Assembly (NCBI RefSeq): GCF_011745625.1 | Contig: NW_027191456.1 | Span: 868,001 to 932,000 of the forward strand | Source of the DNA: Cladosporium halotolerans | Taxonomy: Eukaryota | Direction: 5' to 3' | Length of the DNA: 64,000 nucleotides | In this document: piece after piece, positions 1 to 11,308 of the stretch | Position numbering within the stretch: position 1 is the stretch's first letter | Layout: every line of letters starts with the position of its first letter | Notes under the pieces: model-generated | Told to the model about the DNA's origin: nothing | Database searches by the model: none | Seen by the model: the letters and a program-made list of their open reading frames with translations, nothing else | Made by a program: the position numbers and the translations under genes

Positions 1-1681
1 ACATATTCTTGGCGATGACACCGCCGCATTCGCCAAGCAGACAACGCAGTCGCTAATGCACGTCTCGGGTGTTGCAAAAGATCAGCGTATAGCAGAAGGC
101 GCATGCGATGTGCTCCTGGACGAATTCGTACACAGGTCCGAAATAGCAAAAGAAAGCAGTCGTCACAGTGTGATGAGATAAGGCAGCCCAAGTCGCGTAC
201 GGCCGACATCCCTGTCCCACGTGAGTTTCGGGGACCGCTCCCGGAATCCTGCCTGAACCGGCCGGCGGAGCAGGCCATCAGTGCCAGCCTGCCAGGGAGT
301 TAGGGACGGCGCGCGAGCAGCACCAACAAGCGCGTCCACGTGCGCGCACCGCCCGGACGAGGTTGCTGCCCAAAAGTACGGTGTGATGTGGTCATGCAAG
401 CACGGGCGGGCAGCGACCAGGAAATTGGGAAGCGAGACGTCTGGGCAGCGCGCGGTGAGGGTGGAAATGTGAAACATTCCGACTGCCGCGGGCGCTAGCT
501 GAACGGCGCGCGAGGTTAAACAGACGGCGGACGCGGCGGGAGGAGTGTCTTCTGCGTCGAGCAAGACGCGACACATGTCGCGGGCGGTCGGGTGCGGCAG
601 GGTATGGGCGCGCGGCTGCAGAAGCGAGATGCGGTGGACGCAGACGCGGTCGGATAAGGTAGTGTTGATGGTGGTGCAGCAGATGCGACTCGTCCACACA
701 GGCGGCATCTCGACACACGTTCCACGGCCAGCCACAGCAATCTGCTGCCCCGTCAACGCGGACCAGCCAGCCTTGCGCGGCCGCAAACCCAAAGCAACGG
801 AAGCGCGCCAGGCTAATGCCGGCTGCTCGCCTGGGGCGCTTCTAGCGCGGCGGAAGGACGGTGCGGTGGCAGTAGTGGCGTGGAGGCGGATGCGCATCCC
901 TGCGCGAGGGCAGCCGCGCGCAAGGCCACAGGCGCGGTGAGGTGCGAAGACAGGAGATCTGGCGGCGGCGGGCGGTGGTGGAAGGGTTGGCGTGCATGGG
1001 GGGTGGCAGATGCTGGCAGACGGCCGGCGTGCTGATTCATGGCGCTGCACTACCGGCCCTGCCATGTGAGTGTGGGTGCACGTGTGGCCGCTGCCCTGCC
1101 CGCCCGTCGTATCGCTATAAGGGTGGAAGGCCTGGCCGGCGCGAGTCCGACGGCACCTGCTGCCTCTCACATCTCCTACACCTCTCCGCCTGCTCGCGTC
1201 GCACAGAGACCCCTCATCGCCTCACTTCATCCATCCCGGACACCGCCAGGCACACCACTCAGGCATCCAACTCGCCGTCATCACCTCTCCGGCTCCCTCT
1301 CTGCCCTCCCCGGATCGGATCTGTCTCACACTTGGACCACCGGCGCACTTCCAAACCTCTGACACCTGCTCTCAACCACGGCGCGTCCATCACCCTGTCT
1401 CTCTGCCACCCAACCAAGCCTCTGGACCAACCGACCAAGCCTTCCCATCGCCAATAATCTCGCCATCCACGGCACCCAAGCTTATCACAAGCATTATTGG
1501 CAACGGCGCCACCCAGCGAAATCATCACTGACGACACCGAAACTCTCCTCATCCCAGCGTAGGGATAAAGCCTCCATCCTCCCTGCCCAGCCGGCGGGCC
1601 TCCGGTTCCACTCGATCCTGCATACCGCCAACCCAATCTCTACCCGTCTGCCAAGGACATCGCCTTACCAAGCCTTCCACC

Positions 1682-2266
1682 ATGTGTGTCGCCGGTCTGC
1701 ACGTTTCCACTCAGCCCTGCCGGCACCGCTGGTACGAGCTCCTACGCGCCTGCAGCGACGAGCACAACCTGGCCAACTGCCCTCAGAAACTCCGCCTCGA
1801 GGGCTGGGAGACTCGAAGAGAAAGCTGCCCATGGTGTGAACCCAACGCAAACGACGACGAAGTCGCCATCTCAAACTCCACGCACCGCCTCTTCGGCAGC
1901 ACATCCTCAGCCAGCAGCTCCGTCTCCTCATCGCCCATCCTCCCTCCTGCAGGCAGACCCCAGATGCTTCGCTGCGGCAGCGACGGCACCCTGAGTACCC
2001 TCACCAGAACCGGAAGCTTCTCCAGCACAGGCAGCGAGCGCGGCCAGCAGCACAAGGAGAGAAACGATCGCCTCCTCCTCTACCTGACCATGCTCCCACA
2101 CGAAGTCCTCCCGAGCGCAAGAAAGTACTACCCAAACGACGACACCTCACCACGCGACGAGCCTCGGCCCTCATCCGACTCGAGCAGCATCCGAAGCAGC
2201 AAGAAGATGCTCGGCGCCGGTTGGCGGAAGAGCGTGCGCTTCGGGCGGAGCATGTTCGCTTTCTGA
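1682..2266 (+). CDS. Hypothetical protein with N-terminal Cys/His cluster (possible zinc-binding), 194 aa
   Basis: Single-exon ORF, ccATG context, C-ending codon bias, motif C..CRHRW..C..C..CPWC, then Ser-rich tail; preceded by a long pyrimidine-rich leader. Confidence 0.75.
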   Translation: MCVAGLHVSTQPCRHRWYELLRACSDEHNLANCPQKLRLEGWETRRESCPWCEPNANDDEVAISNSTHRLFGSTSSASSSVSSSPILPPAGRPQMLRCGSDGTLSTLTRTGSFSSTGSERGQQHKERNDRLLLYLTMLPHEVLPSARKYYPNDDTSPRDEPRPSSDSSSIRSSKKMLGAGWRKSVRFGRSMFAF

Positions 2267-2719
2267 ACGGACATTGCTCATCCTCTTCTCCACATTCTTC
2301 CGGAGTTTTTTTCTTCTTCGACTCGATGCATTTCATACCATTCAACGGCCTCTTCTTCCACGGCCTGCAAGCGACGCTTCCCCTCGATTTCCTCACGGGT
2401 TGGGCGAGGCGAGGCGTTATCGACGGACGGACCATATACCCCAGCTGCTGCGAATCTTTTGCTGATCGATTGCTTTTCATCATCATTACAACCATTATTC
2501 TTAGTTCGAGACACTGGGCGAACAGAACAGAACCAGATCACTCCAGTTTGGCAGGAATCCAAACGAACAAGGCGCGATAACAAGGGGCAGGGAAAAGCCA
2601 AACCGCTCGGCTCATCATCATCATCATCACCATTAGTTGCAAAACGCTGTGGCAGGCCACAGCGCGAAATGAACACCCAAATCTCTTCTCACACTCCCGT
2701 CCCTCTTTCATTTCCGAAC

Positions 2720-3075
2720 CTTCCTCTCTAATAATACCCGTGCACGCCTCGTGAAGTTCTGTCGTCCCCCAAGGGCAAGCCAAGCTTTACACATCCCAAC
2801 CAAGCTCAATTCCCACGTTATGCCGCGCCGCGCGCACGCGCCGCGAACAGCGCCAAACCCGGTCGGTAGCGTTGGGTATGTACAGTAGGTGTCACAACGG
2901 CTGCACGCGCACACGCACAAGCAATGCAACGTCGTGTCAACGTCAACGTCGACCCGGCGCGTTGGCTTGGCTCGCGTACGCGTCTGAGCGGCGACAAGCA
3001 TTGGGCGTCCGTCGGGTGTTGACGCACGGGCGAATGTGAACGGACGAACTTCACGGTGCACAGGGTTGAGAGGTG
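2720..3075 (-). ncRNA. Candidate structured non-coding RNA (nested long-range stems)
   Basis: Bulged inverted repeats 2736-2763/3043-3066 and 2775-2785/2965-2975; G-U pairs favour the minus strand; no convincing ORF. Confidence 0.4.
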
Positions 3076-3572
3076 GAGGAGGTGGAGATGGAGAAGGGAG
3101 ATGTGAATATGGAGCATATCAGGTCAATTCAATTCTACCTCGCTAAATGAAAGGAACTCTGGGGCAAAACTGGGGAGGGTAGCTGATTGGAAAGTTAGAC
3201 AGACTAGTGCTGACACGACACGATTCGACACGATAACAAAACGCCCTTATATCCCAACCAAGCAGTCAAACAAACAAACAGTCAAACGCTCAAGGTCTTT
3301 TTTTCTCGTGTTCTGGGTACAAATTACAGCAGGACAGGAGGCTCTCGCGCCTGTTCTCGTGAAAGGTAAGGCAAGGCAAAGATGAAACCGCGGAAAAACA
3401 CCAAGAAACACATGCCTCATGCAGATTTGCTTTCCTCTCTTGCACCGTCGCAGGCCTTGCGGTGCTGGCGACAGCGGAGAAGAGGAAGGTTTTTGTCGCT
3501 CGATTATCGAGCAGAAGCGGAGATGGGGGGAGATCGCTCTCGAGATGCAGGCTTGTTCGTTTCATCCATGCT

Positions 3573-5490
3573 CTATGCGCCATTGACAGTCGGCTGGTCC
3601 GCCTTGGCAGTCAAGATACTGAACTGGCCACCAGACGTAGCACCCGTCAGCTTGCGCTCGCGGACGGCAGTGTTGTCAATAAGCGTGGCCTCGATGACGT
3701 CGTCGATGGTGCCCTGGCCAGTCTGGTAGTTGGCGGAGAAGCCCCAGCTGTAAGCCTTGCCCTCGCGCGTGACGACGAGGTTGTGGTCGGAGCAGGCGGT
3801 GACGACGGCCGCCTTGCCCTGGATCGTGGGCAGCTTGGTGGGCACGGCGAGAATGCGCGGCTGGTCGCGCTCGTCCTTGATCGTCGCGTCGGCGGGCAGG
3901 CCGGCGATGAAGTCCTTGCTCAGGCCGCACTGGTTGCCGTCGAGGCGGCCCCAGACCAGGCAGTCGCCGTCGGCGGTCGCGCAGAGCGAGTGGTGGCCGC
4001 CGCCTTTGATGGAGATGATCTCCTTGCCCTGCAGGGCTTCGACGACCTGCGGCTTGAGGATGACGGCGTCGTCCTGGCCGGCGTTGTCCATCACTCCGGT
4101 CTCGCCGAAGTTGTTGAGGCCCCAGGAGTAGACGTCGCCAGTCTTCGAGATGGCGAAGCTGTGGTAGCCGCCGGTTTCGATGGAGACGATGGACTTCTTG
4201 CCCTTGGGCAGGCCGAACTCTCGGGGCTTGAGGCCCTCGATCTTGGTGCGCTCGATGACGCGGCGGCCCAGCTGGTTTTGCTGACCGGAGCCCCAGGCGA
4301 AGACGGCGCCCTTGGTGTCCAGCGCGAGCGCATGGTTGGCGCCGGCCTTGATGCTGATGATGTTCTTCAGCTCTGGGATGCGGATGGGTCGCTGTGCAAT
4401 GAAAGTGTCGTGGGTGAAGCCGAAGATGCCCTCGTTGCTCCTGAAGGTGCCCCAGCCGTAGACTTTGCCATCGTCGGTGAGGGCGAACGAGCAACTGTCG
4501 CCAGCTGCGACATCAACCCAGCGTGATCCCTCGGCGACCTCTGTCGTCGACCAGTCGACTTCAGCTGGTGTGCTTTCTTTCGGGTTCATGCCAGTGTCAT
4601 CGTCGTCGGAATCGGAGTCTTCCTCTTCGTCCATGTCTTTGAGACCACCCTCCCAAGCGGTGTCGCGCCCAAGAGCGCCCTGGTCATTGACACCCCAGGT
4701 CAAGATCTTGTTGTCCTGCGTCAAAGCGACGTTGTGCATGCCACCAGCGACAACTTGCACAACGCCCACCTTCTCGGAGTCCAGGTTGGCATTAAGGCGC
4801 GGGCGCTTAACGTCGATGCACTTCTTGTCAGTGCCCAGACCGAGTTCACCAGCGGTACCCTCGCCGAAGACAAAGACATGCAGACGATCAGTCGGCGGCT
4901 CGTTGATCACAGGTCCCTTGACGAGAGCCTTGATCTTCTTCACCGGAGCAGCAGGAGCCTCGCCGTCGTCGGCCTTGCGCTTAGTGCCTCTCTTCGTTGG
5001 AGCAGTAGTCTCGGTCTTCTTCGCGGCAGCCTTGGGTGCAGCCTTCTTGGTGGTTCCTGTAGCAGCGTGTAAGTGATTTTTCGCGTCAAAGTAACCCATC
5101 GGGAGGCGTTTTCTTCTTCTGAGGACAGCCATCAATGCGATCTTGTTGCCGTACGCAGCAATGGCGTTTCAGAGAAGAGGAGAACATCTTCGCGATTAAG
5201 ATTATAGGGTATTTCTTACCATTGACCTTTGTCTTTGTCGTCTTTGTCTTTGTCTCCTCCTCTGCCTCTTCCGAATCCGCCTCAGAGCCAGAGTCGGCCT
5301 CGGCCTCGGGCTCAGCCACGACCTCCTTCTTCGGGCGTCCGCGACCCTTCGCAGGGGCCTTCGCAGGGGCAGCAGCCTTGCTCTTCGTAGCGGGCTTGGT
5401 GACCTTCGCGGCGGTGTTGGCCTTGTTTTTCGCAGCGGCCGGCGCGTCTTTGGCCGCGGCCTTTGTGGTGGCAGCGCGCTTGGGAGGCAT
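3573..5490 (-). CDS. RCC1: RCC1-family Ran guanine nucleotide exchange factor (Prp20/Pim1); exons 5490-5220, 5056-3573
   Basis: RCC1 repeats (VVAGGMHNVALT, WGVNDQGALGR, AGANHALAL, WGLNNFGETG); Lys/Ala-rich N-terminus MPPKR; GTAAGA...CAG intron joins in frame. Confidence 0.93.
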
Positions 5491-6315
5491 CTCTGCTGAT
5501 TTGGGCTTCTTGATAGTCTTGATGCGCGCCAGTTTGAATGCTCGTCGCGCTGGTTTTAGTGTGGGCGTGTGATGGAGCTGTCCTCGATGGAACAGCGACG
5601 ATCTTTTGAGGAGGCTGGCGCTGGCGCTGACAGCGATGCGGTATGCGGGAAAAGGCGCGCGGGTGCGAGAATGCTCTCGCGTGCTGAAGATCGGTGGTGT
5701 TGCGCTGTGCGCGAAAATGGTGTAAATGATGTTGCGAACTGTTGGTCGGACCACTGGATGTCACTGCTCGCACCTTTTTATTGAAACATCAACATTCTTA
5801 GCTCCGGCGCCCAGCGCACCAAAGGCCCCAGCTTACAGAGCTCAGGCCCCTAGGCGGCAGCAGCCGGACTCGAGCTACGCTCGGCTTGTCATTCCACCGA
5901 CTCGCCGACTTCACATGCGCTCGGTGACACGCCTACAATAATTGGTGCTGGGCACGTCACATTTGGTGTGCTACTGTCTGTATCCGATCAGGCATACGAT
6001 GAAGTCTACAAAGCAAGAAAGTTGACTCGTTCGTACTTTGTGTGCCCGGATAACACGGCCGCATAAATGAACATGCGTAGATCTAATGTGGTTGTGGAGT
6101 CGATTAGAAGCCGAGGGAGCTACTCCTCATTGATCTTCTCCTCACTTGTATATAGGTACGGAATCGTGACAGCGCGATTCCAAGTATTCAGCAACTACAA
6201 GGAATCTCTCGCTTTTGCAATCTATTGTGCAGGATTAAGCAGATCCTCTCAATTAACATCTTCTCATCTTGTCCAGTCCACTGTACTTCATCCTCGTACC
6301 TCACATTTCGCCAAC

Positions 6316-7360
6316 ATGAGCATCCCCAAATTCGCCGACCTCCCCCTCGACAAATCCGGCCCTCACCACAACGCCTGGGGCCTCTATGGCCCCAACGACC
6401 AACTCGGCACGCTCAACCGCCTGACCGACTCCACCGTAACCACCGCAGCAAAAGAAGTCAAAACCGGCACCCGCGTCAGCCTCAACTGGCCGCTCGACGC
6501 GCAGGGAGACATCCCCTTCTTCGGCCGCCAGGCCTTCCACCAGGAACTTTATCAGAAGCCGCCGCGGATCGTCAACGACGACGTCTGGACCTTCAACACG
6601 CAGTCGTCTTCGCAGTGGGACGGCCTGCGCCACTTCGGTTACCAGCGCGAGAAGGTCTTCTACAACGGCGTCACGCTCGACGACATCCACGGCACGAACG
6701 GCAAGGAGCGCAGCTGTGTGAATGGCATCGGAGCTTGGAGCGAGAAGGGCATTGTCGGCCGCGGCGTGCTGCTCGATTACCATGCGTGGCGGGTCGAGCA
6801 GGGCAGGTCGCACGATGCCTTTACCACTTCCGCCATCTCGCTTGAGGATTTGAAGGCTGTCGCGAAGGCGCAGGGGACTGAGATTCGGTTTGGCGACATT
6901 CTGCTCGTGAGGTCTGGGTATATGGATGCTTACAATCGGCTGAACAAGGAGGAGGTGTCTGCGATGATGGGCAAGCAGCCGCCCTCGTTCGCTGGCGTGG
7001 AGCAGAGCGAGGAGATGCTGCAGTGGATGTGGGAGAATTTTGCGGCATGTGCTGGAGATCATCCGAGCTGGTAAGTGCGGGTTTGCTAGACCGATTTGCT
7101 TCTCAAGAAGTGGCGCTCGTCAATGTCGAAAGGCGTCCGCTGACATTATGTTCAGGGAAGCGTGGCCGACCCAGAAAGACTGGTCCTGTCACGAGGTCAT
7201 GCTGGCTGGATGGGGTATGCCGATTGGCGAATTATTCGATCTTGAGGCGCTGGGTAAGCACTGCAAAGAGACGAGTCGCTACGAGTTCTTTGTTGTCAGC
7301 GAGCCGACCAATGTCCCAAGTGGGGTAGCGAGCCCGCCAAACATCCTCGCAATCTTCTAG
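6316..7360 (+). CDS. Putative cyclase / kynurenine formamidase-like metallohydrolase; exons 6316-7070, 7156-7360
   Basis: AWGLYG..DQLGTLN, NTQSSSQWDGLRH, GIVGRGVLLD, GMPIGELFDLE, GVASPPN motifs; GTAAGT...CTGAC...CAG intron. Confidence 0.88.
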
Positions 7361-7505
7361 ACTTTGGAAAGCAGGGGCTTGAGAATGTGAGCTGCAATTG
7401 TGGGCTTAGCAAAATCTGTACATGATGTTACATATGGAATATGAATGTAGAATCGAAGTGCCTGAGAAGTTGAAGATGTCTCGTGGCCAGCACGGAACGA
7501 TCGCT

Positions 7506-9065
7506 TCAGTCCTTCTCGACGGCCATTTGAACACTGACGTCCCATCGTGGACCCTTGCCTTCTCCATATACACTTCCCAAGTGACTGCGGATAAGGCTCG
7601 TTACGCGTTGTCGGATCCTCAGAATCTCGTCTCCATACCCGCTCGCCGGACGGTAGCGAAGCTTCAAATTCGCCATGCAGAGCCCGTAGTGCACCTGCCA
7701 AATACGGACTTCTTCGATCACACTGACGGCGGGATCGGCTTCCAGCCCCTTAATCACGTTTCGTGCCGCGTGCGGGTCTGTTGGGTGTCGATAGCTCATC
7801 AGCAGCATCGCAGCGAGCGAAGTTCCCAAGCGCGTGCCGAAAGTGATCATCAGCCCCGCGATGCAAAGGGAGAGTAAGGTGTCGACGGTGTTGTAGATCT
7901 TCTCACTGAACAAGGGCAGGAAGAACAGCAACACCGAGCATGAAAGGGTCAAAAAGTGGGAGGGATTGCCCAAGATACGACCCCAGTTTGCAAGCCACGG
8001 CATTCGCATGGCGCGGCCGAGACGCGAGTGGTTTTTGAGGCCAATAGCAGATATAAGGGTGACAGCAATCGCAAGCAGGCAGTCAAGGTCCACAGCGCCC
8101 ATCGATGCACGCGAATGCGAGTGAGAAGTGTGAGGTACATGGTCGCCCAGGTTCTCAAGCGCGTGTTGAACCCCGTGGCTCACAACATCCAAGCCCATGA
8201 AGCCGATGAAGACGGCCATGCCGAAGCCTGCCAATACGTCGGCGCGCTCAAGACCGAATGGGTGCTTCAAGCTGCCACGCTGCCAGACTTCGAAGTTCGA
8301 CATGACGTCCACAGCCACGCAAACAGTGGCACCGGCAGCATCGAACAGGAGCAGCCGAGAGAGGGCAGTCATTGACAATGAGCCTGAGGCGGAGAACTGC
8401 ACGTATCCAGAGACGAGGAAATGGCAGGCGCACCAGATCAAGCGCATCGTTTGGTTCGAGGTCATGCTCCACCATGCTTCTTTGCGGGTTGGCATGGGAA
8501 GATGAGCAGGAACAGCAAGTGGGGTGCGTTGGGCAGGCGCCTGGAAGATCTGGTGGGAGGTGTGAATGCTACTGTGTCGGTACTTGTGGCCACGACGCTT
8601 TCCAGGTAGGTTCTCATTCGACGGACGCTTGAGGCCATTGGCGCCAGATATGTATTGTTCAGTGGTGAAATTGAAGGGGTTGCGCGCTCCCTCAGCAGTC
8701 GCCGCGGGATTCAAGGCCTGGAATCCACCATCTGTGCTGCCTGTCTGAGGAGTCGCGGGCGTCCATGGGCTCCATTGGCTTCCAGCAGAGGTTGCCGACA
8801 AAGGCGGCGGCTTCATCGGCGACAGCATGGAGCCGGCTGCACTGCCACTGGGTAATGGCGAGTCCGTGTCCCGCTGCGGCCGCGGTGACTCGTTGAGGTT
8901 GTGTTTGATATCATAGTCGAGGTCGATCTTTATGGGAGACGGAAAGCTCTTGTCTGTTTCCATGCTCAAGTTCCTCGAATGCGCAATGGAGGCCTGGGAT
9001 CCGAAACGCTGGTGGAGAGATTTGGTGGGGGGAGTCTGTGGGCGGCCATGGTCGTCGGTAGCCAT
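7506..9065 (-). CDS. Cation diffusion facilitator, Zrg17-like zinc transporter subunit
   Basis: Disordered N-terminus with RRGHKYRHSS, about six hydrophobic helices, HPFGLERADVLAGF, His-rich loop, IWQVHYGLCMANLKL; ATG at 9065. Confidence 0.85.
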   Translation of the reverse strand: MATDDHGRPQTPPTKSLHQRFGSQASIAHSRNLSMETDKSFPSPIKIDLDYDIKHNLNESPRPQRDTDSPLPSGSAAGSMLSPMKPPPLSATSAGSQWSPWTPATPQTGSTDGGFQALNPAATAEGARNPFNFTTEQYISGANGLKRPSNENLPGKRRGHKYRHSSIHTSHQIFQAPAQRTPLAVPAHLPMPTRKEAWWSMTSNQTMRLIWCACHFLVSGYVQFSASGSLSMTALSRLLLFDAAGATVCVAVDVMSNFEVWQRGSLKHPFGLERADVLAGFGMAVFIGFMGLDVVSHGVQHALENLGDHVPHTSHSHSRASMGAVDLDCLLAIAVTLISAIGLKNHSRLGRAMRMPWLANWGRILGNPSHFLTLSCSVLLFFLPLFSEKIYNTVDTLLSLCIAGLMITFGTRLGTSLAAMLLMSYRHPTDPHAARNVIKGLEADPAVSVIEEVRIWQVHYGLCMANLKLRYRPASGYGDEILRIRQRVTSLIRSHLGSVYGEGKGPRWDVSVQMAVEKD

Positions 9066-9381
9066 AGTCGCGTCTTCTTGGGCAGAAGGAGGGAGAGGTA
9101 AAGCCTGGCGCCAGAAGCGTCGGCGTATCAGCAATCCTCACTGCGAGAGGTAGTGACAGTCGTGAACGCGGTCGTTGGGGGAGATGTCCATTCGGGTGGT
9201 TTAGGTTCGCTTAGCAACGACATCGCGTCCCTCCACCCACCTAGCGGCTGTCTCGCGCGCGCCTGGGCATTGACGCTGACCACCGACCCGCCAATACAAC
9301 GTGCATGCGACATCAAGATTATTACTCGAGTACAGCATTTGTACCTAGGTAGCGCGCTTGACAGCTTCACCAATGCTATGA

Positions 9382-10818
9382 ATGTACGACTCGAGTCCTT
9401 CTACAGCGCCTGCTGGACACGATGCGGCACCAGCCATGGGAAGTGATGAGCCAGGAACACGGCCTGCCGGCAGCAGCGCCCGTCGCAACACAATCGCAGT
9501 AGTCGACGAGAAGCCGGTTCTCCAGAGGGATGCCGATGAAGAGCAAGATGAGTTCCCACAGTTCCAGAAGATGAGGTTTCCCTGGAGCTCGCCATCCGCG
9601 CCAACTTCACCAACCGTAGCGCCCCCGACTTCGTCCACGGCGCCACCAAGACCGCAAGGACACCGACGATCGCTGTCTGGGAGTATATTCTCGAAGCTGA
9701 GCTTCTTGCGCACTCCGGGCGATGAACCAAGACCACCGTCTAGAGACCGTCCGCCTTCGAGAGAAAAGAAGCCCAAGAGCTCAAAGAAGGACGAGGAGGA
9801 GGATGTTACGGTGGCTTCTCCGGCGAATGAACCAAAGGAAGAGAGCGCAACGATTAACGCTCCTCAGAACAAAACGGCGCGCAAGCGGAAAGGGTCACTG
9901 AGGAAAACGGCATTGCTGGGTGGGAGACGGTTCGCGACTGAAGGGAGGGAACGGAAGAACAGTCTACTGCAACGCAACCCTTCGAAGGCGACTATACAGT
10001 CGACATTACCAGACACAAGTCTTGCTCAAGCGACATCAGATTTTGCTACTGCAGCTGTGATACCCCCGGAAGACGACTTTAATCGGCCAATCGTACCTCA
10101 GCAGCCGTATGACCAGGTCCGCAGGCAATTCAGCTACGAATCGTCGATCAGCACATCTAGCAACCTATCAGAGCCTACCGAAGTAGTCACTTCTCGCTTG
10201 TCTATCTTCACTGATACAGGTATCAAACCTGATGCTCAGGCAACCACTGGTGAAACCACCCTCTCCAGCCCACTTGATCTCAAATCTCCCGTTTCCCAGA
10301 CGAGCTACGCGAGCACGACCGACGACGACGATCTCCTGACTTTTGATCGACCTGTTGGGGGTACTTCTTCGACATCACATGCAGTCCCACCTTCTACTTC
10401 CGCTTCATATTTTCCAGGCTCTAGCTCGCAACCCACATCTCGCTTTGCCAGCCGGCCCCATCGTTCGCGCCCTCACCGGCCGTCGCCGTTGACGCGGACT
10501 CCGATGCCGTCTTCACATTCACAAGAAGACCTCACCTATACTTACGCTGAAACTGAGTACTGGGGCTGGGTGCTGCTGGCCACCACATGGATCATCTTTA
10601 CCGTTGGGATGGGTTCGTGCCTTGATGTGTGGAGCTGGGCATGGGATGTGGGCGAGACGCCTTACGCACCACCAGAGCTCGAAGATGATCCTACACTGCC
10701 AATTGTAGGCTACTATCCGGCGTTAATTGTGTTGACGGGAGGAGTCGTGTCTTGGATATGGATCACGGTTGCTTGGGTGGGCCTGAAATACTTTCGGCAT
10801 GCGAAATCATCGATATAA
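9382..10818 (+). CDS. Protein with long disordered N-terminus and C-terminal PIG-Y/Eri1-like two-TM domain
   Basis: C-terminal YWGWVLL...GMGS...YY..LIVLT...WVGLKYFRHA resembles the PIG-Y family signature; 478-aa single ORF. Confidence 0.72.
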   Translation: MYDSSPSTAPAGHDAAPAMGSDEPGTRPAGSSARRNTIAVVDEKPVLQRDADEEQDEFPQFQKMRFPWSSPSAPTSPTVAPPTSSTAPPRPQGHRRSLSGSIFSKLSFLRTPGDEPRPPSRDRPPSREKKPKSSKKDEEEDVTVASPANEPKEESATINAPQNKTARKRKGSLRKTALLGGRRFATEGRERKNSLLQRNPSKATIQSTLPDTSLAQATSDFATAAVIPPEDDFNRPIVPQQPYDQVRRQFSYESSISTSSNLSEPTEVVTSRLSIFTDTGIKPDAQATTGETTLSSPLDLKSPVSQTSYASTTDDDDLLTFDRPVGGTSSTSHAVPPSTSASYFPGSSSQPTSRFASRPHRSRPHRPSPLTRTPMPSSHSQEDLTYTYAETEYWGWVLLATTWIIFTVGMGSCLDVWSWAWDVGETPYAPPELEDDPTLPIVGYYPALIVLTGGVVSWIWITVAWVGLKYFRHAKSSI

Positions 10819-11308
10819 TAGCTTCCAAACTTGCGGTATTTCTAGCCGCGTTGATGACCTGTAGATAATAAAAATCTCGAGAACATGTTTCAGGTGTCTG
10901 CAATTCAACATTTCAATCAAAGATGAGTAGCTCATCACCCGTTAAATCAATCTAGGAACTCCCGTATAGTCAAGTAGTGTAGGGCGATGCGTCTTGGACG
11001 TGTCTATACTATGGCCTTTCTGCATTCGTTGAAAACCTTGCATTGTCTCTTCACACTTCACCCACTTTGCATAACAATGTGCAAATGATGCACATGTTTG
11101 CCGAAACAAGCAACTTTTGGTTGATTGGTTCACATCAAACTGCCTGCGGGAGCAGCCGAGCATGGGATTCCCAAATCGGTAGGTTATATCATCACTTCAC
11201 TGCGACATGCAACAATGCCTTGAAACGCTCTACGCCCACCGCCCGTGAGGGCACAGAACACTTACACCCAACGGGCGACGCCATCATCGAGTCGCCGATG
11301 CAGCCATC

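Noticed and set aside
163..1457. Overlapping 100-335 aa ORFs on both strands at the window start
   Set aside because: Arg/Pro/Ala-rich GC artefacts without codon bias; more likely the promoter and leader of the 1682 gene
3462..4526. Long antisense and alternate-frame ORFs over RCC1 (likewise over the cyclase, ARP8, Aim21-like, MBOAT, NmrA, P450s)
   Set aside because: Expected shadows of GC-rich codon bias; no family motifs or independent gene signals
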